A DNA stretch of 55,223 nt, filler included, from Sphacelaria rigidula (lineage: Eukaryota), in NCBI GenBank assembly GCA_964200075.2. It is 5 parts of 5 records of this genome, joined end to end, with 100 filler letters (N's around TTAATTAATTAA, not from the genome) between each part and the next. Parts side by side here need not be neighbours in the genome. Positions count along the whole stretch, not along the records: positions 44,260 to 55,223 come from CAXNAA020005619.1; 4 more parts are not named here. One strand, given 5' to 3'. A program made the translations under genes and the position numbers. Positions 45,779 to 55,223 of the stretch are shown here, piece by piece; positions within the stretch are counted from its first letter, which is position 1; the number at the start of each line of letters is the position of its first letter. Under the pieces are notes generated by a model. It searched no databases and was not told where the DNA came from. It was given only the letters and a program-made list of their open reading frames with translations.

Positions 45779-48700
45779 GAGCCGACGCGTAGACCCTATG
45801 GGCAGGAGAATCGGGTGCGTGGCTTTGACACTCTTGGGTATCGCACAGAGCAGAGACTTGGAGTTTCCTACACCATGGGCTGACACGGTGGGTGTGTATC
45901 TTCGAACACTCGTGGAAGGGGGTATATTCGCGCTAGCTGCATCTCTCCTGCCGTACCCAAGACTTGCAACCCGGAGTGGGACTCGCCGCGCTCAGGTACT
46001 GTGACACTGTTCAATATATTCAATAGTGGTGTATGACGTTTTGGGGTTGTTGGAATGGGGTTGTGTACACTGTGTTCCAGTACGGGGTTTTGACGATTTC
46101 AGCCACAGGGGGATCGCAGAAAGCGTTGGGCGCTGTTGTTCCTTGCTTTCCATTTCCCTATTTGCTGCGTAGACTGTGTCGGGCTGTGATGGTACTGGGA
46201 ACCGGGGGCAACGTGCGGGAAAGAAAAACGAGCGCAAGTGGGGACACACATGTACATGTTGATAACATGGATGTGTATACTTCCTCTGTCATCTAAGTCT
46301 GGGTGATTGTGGGGTGCATGCAGGTGGTATCTCCCGAATGGAGACGCTTATACGATGCTATAGCTAGGATCTGTGAAGAGATGAGTGAGGATGCTCATAG
46401 AACAAGAAAACATGAAAATCAAGTGTATTTTATACACAATATTGGCAACTTCGAACCCACTTTTGGTGAAATTCGATCTATATTTGCCGTTTTCGTGCTG
46501 GACCGAAGTGGTGACGCGTCAAAATCGGATGAGGTGTGGCTAGCCTCTGTACAAGGAATTAGCTACGACGAATAGTTCTTGGCTTCTTTTTTTTTTGCCA
46601 TTTTTGCCGTTTTTTTTGCTTCTTGTTCACCCGGCGAAGGGGCGAAACACGCCCATGTTAGGGCCGACTGATCATTTACGGCCGTTCGGCCACATGGGTC
46701 AAGCACCAACTGTCACAAAAGAAAAAATGGTTTTAACTAGAAAACCACTCAAGAATGCAACAAGAGGATAAATATTGAACCGGACACGGTTAAGGGCTCG
46801 TACAAAACAAAACCACCCAGATTCACTGGGGAGAGGAAGTGTGTGATATCGTGGGAGTCACACCTGTATGTGTACAGTATATCAGAGCTTCATGTCACAA
46901 CAGGCACAAACGACCGGAGACATCCGTGTCACGGCGAAGACTGTCTTGACAGGCACATGAGACGACGGAGCCCGAGCGGCCCGGCTTGACCGCATATGTC
47001 AGATCTCGGGACCCCAGATAACCGGGTGTTCCATCCTGAGGAGACCAAGAGTACGAAGTCGGAGGCACACCTGCGATATTCTCCAGTCTACCCGGCTTGT
47101 GGCATAAGTATCAAGCAAGAGAATAATCCTAACTCTCGAGGATCCTTGGCCGAATACAGCAACCGCCATTCTCGTCAGGGAGGCGGGAGGCATACCTACC
47201 TTCCTCAGCGACTGCAGTACTGTCCCGTAGATCCATGGCTTCAGTGTGTTCCACAGCGTGGTACAGGGTATCTATAACTACATGTGTAAACATGAATAAG
47301 GAAATAATAAGAGAATACCATACCCTGGACAAAAGAATATACAGTTAAACAGTGTACTGCGTACAGTATCGACTATTGCGCCTATTGCAATAGACAATAG
47401 ATTCCATACTGAAACGCAGTACAGGTTTTGACAATAGAATCCATTGTCCAGGGTGTGGAAAATACACAAGCGTCCTTGCTTATTCAAGTCGCTTTCGTTT
47501 TCGGCTAGCACGACGGTTGACGCTCGCATATCTTCATCCACACCTTTTCTGACACAAAGCTGTGCACCATTATGTGTGTACACTATACCTTCGTCATAAT
47601 CCAAATATGTGCCGTACCGCGAAACAGTTCATATGTCGGCTACTCTCTGAGGCTGTGGAGGTGTGCATGACGGACTTCATCGAAGGGCGAGACGAGACGA
47701 GCATCTCAACGGCTAGGCACCTGTCGGAGCAGGTCCAAACCCATCTCGGAATTTTGAGGTGGGCATTGGGGGTAGGGGATAAGGTCGGGTTCGGGTTGTT
47801 CTGTGCAGACTTGTCTCTCCGTCAATGGGACTAAAATCAGATTCAGCGAATATAAGTCTGAAGGGTACGCAGGGGGAGTTTCCCTGCTCAGAGATACGGT
47901 TTGGGTCAGCCGTAGTGTTACCGGTAGCGATTTTTTAGTTTTCGCACTGAAGCCTACCTCAGGATTCACTTACAGCTGACGGCATCGCTAGGAGTAGGGA
48001 TAGGGCTTAGGCTGGGATATAGTTTCAGCGTTTTGGGTTGTCAAGGCCTGCGCCAGAGTCGCCGAACAAGGGTTTGGAGAGATGCGGTGAGCGGAAGAAG
48101 AGTTACGTTTGTGACGAGCAAAGTGCGTTGTCTTTGGCTAGATAACGATGGAGGGTCGAAAGGTGGAAGTAAAGTTGTTGCGTGATGCGTCTTTGATGTG
48201 AACACAGACAGAGCTCTCCTGCATACCTTGTCCGACACACACGCCGCATGTTTTGACGTGTGGGTGATGATACCCGTGTGCAAGCGTGTGTGTAGATAGG
48301 GTAAAAAATACCCGGGTATTTACCTTCCCGGAATACGTGTTGCGATGGTCCGATCTCCCAACTCTACCTACGTAGAGCTAGGTATGTTCGTAATACTCTA
48401 CTCATCTTTCGGGTACTTGGAGTATGATTTTTCAATTTTCCCACATGTGAGGAAATGCCCTACCCAACCGACCCTTGTACACGCGTGTGACTGCACCGTT
48501 GTGCGTGTTCAGGAAGGAGATAACGTTATCCAGGACGGAGTTAGGCTTGCTCTTCTGCGGCTGCTGCGATGGGGGCATGCGCTCGGCGGATACTCTGGAA
48601 CAGCTCGCGCAGGTTCCAATAATATTTTGCGCATGGAAGTAGTGCGTGCATGGAGCGTATACCATGTTTGTTTTTCCTTGAAGAAAGGAGCAAACCTGGC

Positions 48701-51700
48701 CCAACACTTACCTCGCAAGTGGGTTCGTGTGCCATATGTCGTATGACGGCGTTCATTCAATGAGAGACCTACATTTCTAGGCGGATGAGCTTTTTATCCT
48801 GCAGTGTGCCGCCATTGTCCGTGGGTAATGTTTATCTTCTCTGTGTATGATCATTATTTATTCCTCATGGCTATTGCGTGTAACGTTCATGTTTCATGTC
48901 TGAAGTAGCACGAAGGCAATCATTCTTGTCAGCAGATGCGATAGGCTCACTAGGTGGACATGAACGCTCATCAAACAGCTAAACTAGGCCTGGGTTTATA
49001 TTGTCCATTTTTCTAGCGGAAGCGGACTACGCGGTTAGCTGAATTAGACCAACTCTTATGCGACATGATCTGTTTTTTTTCCTTGTCGATTTTTTTCTTC
49101 CACGATGCTGGTGGAGGTCAGTGGTCTTATGACTATGGCATGCATGATCATGAGTACACGATGCTGGTTGTACGTATGTAAACGTTTCGTGCAGTTGAAT
49201 ACCTCCAGACTGTTCCGCCGAATTAAAACATCACAAATAGCTCGCGACGTCGCTCATCTCACCTCATCTATGGAGGAACAGACGTGAAACTATTCAATGC
49301 GTCTGCAATGCTAATCATTGAAACATACGCGCGTCTTTTCGCTATACGTGAAAACATTGCGCACCTGGGGATGGCCAGCTGATGGAGCAAGTGCTTCAGG
49401 GTGTTCGAGGCATCAGGCAGACGATGGCCGGGATGCAGCCGATGCGCACCCAGATCGCGTTCGGCGAAGCTATGAGCGCTTCCCTCTCCGAAGTCGCCGC
49501 TAGCGTGCACGATGTTCTCATCGCAATGTCCGACGGCAACACGCTCTGGCACCGCTCCAGCCTGTTCTTACGCATCGCGCCGTCTCAGAGTGCACAAGGT
49601 ACTACTACTACATATTTCGGAATAGTATCGAGGAGGACCGGGATATTGGTGATTTTCGAAATACCATTACTGCGTAGTGATTATGGCAACGACAATATAT
49701 AGGGCGACGAAGACGCTATTTTGTTCTCGGGGGAGTATTGGATCGGTTAGGGAGCTCGCTTGTAGCTCTCGTGACAAAGTTGGATATTTCGTGGTCAAAA
49801 CCGGGAGAGACCCGTAGGTGGTGATGTTGCCGCGGGAAAAGAAAAAACGAACGACATCTACTTTATGTCTGTGTTTGACACATTTGCTGGCATCTTCGAA
49901 GCACGAAATTGATCGCCCTATACTTCATCGCTCGACATGGTGACTTTATCTAGCCACGACAAGGCGATGTGGACAGTTTGATCCAATTTATTACTCGCAT
50001 TGATCCTTGTCTTACAAACGGGTGCGCGATCGTCGTCTTGTGCTGTGATGGGTGCGTCTCGAGGCATAGACCGCGTTCGGGCCGTGGAGAGGCTGAAGAC
50101 CGCCGTCGGGGTATTGATGGTGGGCTTTGAGACCGCTAAAATGAGGATTGAGTTTGGGTTGGATAAAGACGGTCGTCCGCTAGAGCCGGAGACGAATGAC
50201 CGTGCAGAGGATGGCAGCGGGTGAGGCACTACCGTCGAGTCGTGAGTTATCAAGAGCTGAGGAATACCAGATACTGCATATTTCCGGTGACGACTGCTCG
50301 GACTGAGTCTGCGGAGGACATGGTTAGCCGTCAACCTAAAGTTATCCCATGACTATTGTCTCTCCTGTGTTGTGCACGCCAAATTCGCGCCATGCCTGAA
50401 TCACATAATACTGCTGAAACATAGAGTGAACGGTGGCAATATTATACGCAGGTCGTAGTCGTTCACATACAAAGTAAAAGTAGCTTGAGTACGAACAATA
50501 TATTTACGGTCCTCGCGCACTGGGAGGGGGTTTGAATTAATCCAGAGGACAATCCTGAACATTGTCCAGATATGCCTTGCAGGGATGTGTGATGGTCTGA
50601 CACGTGCCTTGCCTCCAGATATTCACAACATCCCGCTCGATTTATCCTGACAGTGCCGAAGTTCATCGGCAAGGATTGTCGTTCGTGAGCTCAACGCGAG
50701 GGGTTTCGAGTCTACCCTACGGAGGCGCTATGTGGCACGGAGGACTGAGCCCAATGGGGGAGTGTGAGAAAGATGGACAGGCTGCACACAAAGTCCCTTC
50801 TCACATCATAGCCAAGGAGGAAAGGCGAAGGATGGGCGGACAGTCTTCGATGGCGAGGGCAGCGTTCATGTTCATGCTGCAGGAGTTGTGCACAACTCTC
50901 GTGCAAGTGGCCACAGCAGGGTGGGTGCTAAGCTCTCAAAGTTTCTAGATTCACAACTTTGTATTTGATATGATGCCGGTCTAACTTGCGTTTTCTTTTT
51001 CTTGCCTCATCGAATGCTTTTCGTCAGCTATTACCTCGATGAAAAGAACGACCTGCGTTTGTTGATACAAATTGTGTATTCAGGTATCTACGTGCTTCTC
51101 CAGCTCCGGCCACTTCTTCACGGAGAAATTCCGCACATAGCGTTGCCGCATTACTGCACATTTAAAATGAAAAAGCGCGCCATGCTTTATATAGATAGAG
51201 AAAACTTGTCTGTGCGGTAAGGTCGTCGTGCCTGATGCTCCATTGGGTTCATCAAACATCGTCAGTAGCGTATAGATATGGCGAGGTCGTTGGAAAACGG
51301 ACAGTGTTTTCGATCGTGTATAGTGAGGGGTGTTGTGACCGTCGTTCAGGGTTTTGCGTACACAGCAACCTCGTCACTGGCGTTACCTTTTATGCCTGCA
51401 GGATAATGTGTCATCCTCTATCCATCGCTGGTTTAACCGCATACGCGATAAGATTCTAGACCTCCTTGACGCACCCGCTGTTGTTTACAACACGATATAG
51501 GCCACCGGCCAAGACTCCAACGGCGAGCTACATCTTCAACAGATTCTGGAAAGCCGTGCGTCCCCCGCCGGAACTACGGAGCATGATACTGGGTGCCATC
51601 CGGTATGTAAGATATACTTTTTTCTGTTGCAAGGCACAAGAGGCACCGGATGAAGGCATAACAGCATCATCGACTACAACTCCAGTGCCTTTTGGTGCTA

Positions 51701-53272
51701 CAGCCGCGTCACGTCCGGTTTCCGGGAAGCTGCATGTCCCGAAGCGGTATGCTAAGTGTTGGGGGGTCGGCACCACGTTTTGGGCGTTCAAGGTGCAGTG
51801 CGCTCATGCGATAAAAGGAAAATATAAGTCTGGCAGAGCGGGTGCTGTAAAAGTTGTTTCAGGTGTAAACGGGATTTAAATGGCGTTGTGAGAGGAGCAG
51901 GCTTTGAGAAAAAGTGCAGGACCCAAGTGAAGTAGATGAGGAATTTCACGTCAGGTGCATCGGGATGCGAGCAAGAGCAATCGGTATTCAGTCCGGGCTG
52001 AACGGCCCGTCAGCAAACCTTTCATCACCCGTCAAGATACAGGATGGGCCAAGATTCAACCCTCTGGGCGCTGTACTTGAGAACGAACGAACAGCCTTTT
52101 GAAGATTTGAAGACGCTGGCAGATGAATAATGAGCCAAGGACAAGCACGGCCCCGTACCCTGACACGATCCAGTCAGACACGTTGTGTACTTGGGAAGGA
52201 GGAGCACCGATTCCTCTGGGGGGCGGAAAATACTCATCGTTTCGGAAACACATGCCGCTCAGCCCAATGTTCCAACCCTTGAAGCCCTGGACTGCAGCGC
52301 TAACTTGTTGACATCGAAAGCGAATTCTTCCGGGCAGTAGTCGCAAATTCGGTGCGCGCCGTGGCGTGAGCTCTCGATTCATGGCAAGCATAAGTGTGTC
52401 GGCGCAACATGGCTTCTGACCTTCGTGATGCTGCCACAATTGTAGTGTGCGGTACGGTATCTTCCTCATGGTTTTCCCCCACTGTTCAATTAGGCATGAC
52501 ACTGAACATATCCCGGAATCCACTTGGCAAGAAATCTTGCACTTAAAACAAGAAAATAGTATACAAACGTGCAATATGCCGCTGCCCATCGGGGTTGGTG
52601 CGTGGACGGAGTGTTCCAAGGATGCCTATACCTGCGATACCGTCATGTCTACAACTTATCTCGCTCAAAAGACGTGAAGACACAGACACTAACCCTGTGT
52701 GTGCATGGACAATCATCAGTGGCGCGGCGGGTTCTGGAGTTTAGGATCACCCACTATTTATGCTCACCGCAATTTCGTGCGAGTGCATTGGGCGTGCCAA
52801 GTTCAGATCGCCTGGTGCCAGCCGAAAAAGTAGGTCTCAGAGCTCGTTCGGGGGGCCTTATACCGGTTAGTACTCATGGTCGCATCCCAGCGTTTGCATG
52901 ATTTGTGCAGCAACTTGAATTTGTAGAAAGAACTGGTGTGCTTCGCAGCAAGGGTTGGCTTGGAGTGATCGGGATTCAACAGAGCCTCAAGAAAAAATTA
53001 CCAACACTATTAATAACACGCATGCGTGAACAAACACCCACCCACCCACCCACCCTGTTTGTCCCCCCGTCTCCTTCGTTCGGTGTTGTCGTTTGCGCGG
53101 TTACAAGGTGTCTTTGGCCTTGACCCTGTGCGTACTGTTTCAGCTCGTCACGTACCTGGACGAGATGTTCAGGCCTTCGGCGTGGGTGGCCGTAACGGCT
53201 GCGTTTGTTATGGCGAATGAGAGCGGCAGTGCTGTTTCTTCGTGTCTACTGAGGCTGGTCGGCACAGTTCTG
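45779..53272 (+). CDS. Host gene 2: FUSC/aromatic-acid-exporter (ArAE)-like membrane protein, internal part; exons 45779-45995, 47628-47758, 48513-48612, 49379-49598, 50070-50220, 50654-50920, 51501-51602, 52745-52829, 53108-53272
   Basis: All nine exons are AG/GT-bounded, with matching phases (0,2,0,1,2,2,2,0) giving one open frame. It contains ALAASLLPYPRLA, a long helical linker, and RLVPAEKVSLALTLCVL...WVAVTAAFVMANESGSAVSSCLLRLVGTVL, the W...T...V....G......R..GT pattern of FUSC-type domains. Start and stop were not located. Confidence 0.85.
47319..47457. mobile_element. Second copy of the CATACCCTGGACA MITE
   Basis: Same TIRs as 1624-1772, with the core in reverse complement. Confidence 0.65.
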
Positions 53273-53776
53273 GTGCGGGTACTTGACGTGCAACGCGTGC
53301 CCTGCAATGAATCGCGCACGTATCTACAGCATACACTGCACTCCCGAACGCGCGAATCGACTCATATGTTTGTGGGTAGAGTAACATACTGCGCAGTACT
53401 CAAGAGTGCGAATCAGGCAGTGCAGCATGAGTACAGGTCACAACAAGATCCAGTTGCACGCCAAACAATCTCTCTGAAAGCGCGAAGGTTCTCGACATCG
53501 GCGACGTGTAGCCAGCTCTCTTCGATTTATCAGATATTATTCACACGAACTGTCGACCAGCAGATGCATATCGACCACCTCGGCATTCCAGGGAGTGACT
53601 AGTAACTCAAACCTTGACTGCCCATGCTATCAATTCCAGACTTTTGTCCGCTGACACTGTCGCGAATTTTCGGGGAATGTTCTCTGTAGGCATAGATGAA
53701 CACGCTACGGTAGATGAACGTGGGCAGCTGTCACAGTTATTACAGCAAGGGATGATAAAACGAAGAAATGTAGCAA

Positions 53777-55141
53777 AGGTAGGTCGAGTAGAGTAGAGTC
53801 ATACTTTTTGTACTCAAATTTTGAGTAGAGTATTTGAGGTCGTACTCAATCTACTCAAATTTTGAGTAGAGTATTTGAGGTCGTACTCAATCTACTCAAA
53901 TTTTGAGTAGAGTATTTCAGTTCATACTCAATCTACCCAGAATTTGAGCAGAATATTGAGGTCATATTCAAGTGATACTCTATACTCAAGTATTACTGAG
54001 AGTGCTTACTCGACATTTGAGTAGAGCATTTGAGGTCGTACTCGATCTACTCAAAATTTGAGTAGAGTATTTGGGGGCCATACTCGATCTACTCAAGATT
54101 TAGGTAGAGTATTTGAGGCCATACTCCACCTACTCAAAATTTGAGTAGAGTATTGAGGTCATACTCAAGTGATACTCTATACTCGAGTATTACTGAGGGT
54201 GATTACTCAAGATTTGAGTAGAGTATTGGAGGTCGTACTCGATCCACTTAGAATTTGAGTGGAGTATTTGAGGCTGTACTCGACCTGCTCAAAATTTGAG
54301 TAGAGTAAATACTCGAGTTGAATACTCGAGTACTCAACAGTACATACTCTACGCGACCCGCCCTTGGATGTTCCCGCGTCTTGCACTGTTTCCACCGCTG
54401 ACTCTCCCATGGAGGAACACATGTGTGGCCAGTAGAGTTCCTCATTTGAATAATACCTACCCGACTACCCGTCTGCTCGATTACTCAATGATGATGAATA
54501 GCGCTCTGTACTCAAACTGATATCAAAGGGGTTGCGAGGTGTCAAGTATGCGCTGACATGGGTGAGGGCAGCTGAGCTGGGGGAGGTAGATTAATTCACC
54601 TACACCCTTTTTTTTCATGGCCATCATTTGCTCAAACTTTTTGTATTCCGTGACGTAACGCCCCCAATCTAATTGACGGTCATCGTTCGCCCATGTATTC
54701 GACATAGTCTGTGAAGTGACGTCACGAAGTCGCCGACCGTCACGGTTACTCATCACACCCGATTGATACTCTATACTCAAGTATTTCTGAGCGTGCTTAC
54801 TCTATATTTGAGTAGAGTATTTGAGGTCGTAATCGATCTACTCAAAAATTGAGTAGAGTATTTGAGGCCATACTCGATCTACTCAAGATTTGAATAGAGT
54901 ATTTGAGGCCATACTCGACCTACTCAAAACTTGAGTAGAGTATTGAGGTCATACCCACGCGATAGATTACTGAGGGTGCTTACTCAATATTTGAGTAGAG
55001 TATTGGTGGTCGTACTGCATCTTCTCACACTTTGCGTAGAGTATTCGAGGCCGTACTCGACCTACTCAAACTTTGAGTAGAGTAAATACTCGGGTATTTT
55101 ACTCGAGTACTCCGAAGAACGTTCTCTACTCGACCTGCCCT
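53777..55141. repeat. Two blocks (53777-54365, 54762-55141) of a palindrome-containing ~40-bp tandem unit, bounded by TIR-like ends
   Basis: Unit CTACTCAAAATTTGAGTAG-AGTATTTGAGG(T/C)C(G/A)TACTC(G/A)AT. Left end AGGTAGGTCGAGTAGAG; right ends CTCTACGCGACCCGCCCT (54347) and CTCTACTCGACCTGCCCT (55124). Confidence 0.9.
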
Positions 55142-55223
55142 CGAAATGTAGCAAGGGTCGGACAAATAATGATTCGTCTGGAAATTACTTGGTTCTAGTA
55201 TAGTTGATTCGAATCGTACGAAT

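Noticed and set aside
46324..46575. Exon VVSPEWRRLYDAIARICEEMSE after CAG at 46323
   Set aside because: Exons 45779-45995 and 47628-47758 already join in frame. No convincing in-phase donor was identified.
46630..46700. Hammerhead ribozyme (GAAAC ... CTGATCA with nearby stems)
   Set aside because: The core deviates from CUGANGA and the stems do not give hammerhead topology.
46842..47282. Solo LTR (TG...CA-bounded segment)
   Set aside because: No matching target-site duplication and no second copy in the window.
51630..52700. Nested gene in the intron of gene 2 (ORFs of 137 aa on + and 187 aa on -)
   Set aside because: No recognisable motifs or exon structure; ORF lengths are compatible with chance.
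53777..55141. CRISPR array
   Set aside because: The palindromic repeats are contiguous with no unique spacers, no cas genes are present, and the context is a eukaryotic intron.

Overview
Eukaryotic, intron-rich and transposon-rich scaffold. Short GT-AG exons, long introns and the repeat content suggest a brown alga or other stramenopile (inference). Four 100-bp N/TTAATTAATTAA/N linkers split it into five contigs. I can build two spliced host genes on the + strand with consistent splice phases. Gene 1 is the last five exons (985-8842) of a protein with a Sey1/RHD3-like helical region and an unusual beta-strand-rich C-terminus. Gene 2 is nine consecutive exons (45779-53272) of a FUSC/aromatic-acid-exporter-like membrane protein, open at both ends. 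Between them, on the - strand, lie three decayed retroelements: a DIRS/Ngaro-type tyrosine-recombinase element with a ~120-bp tandem array, a Ty3/Gypsy chromovirus whose integrase tail has a chromodomain plus a second PWWP/Tudor-like domain, and an RTE-like LINE. The window also holds tRNA-derived SINEs, several MITE families with visible TIRs/TSDs, foldbacks, and a palindromic ~40-bp array near the right end. No CRISPR array, rRNA or intact tRNA is supported. All family calls come from motif recognition by eye; no searches were run.
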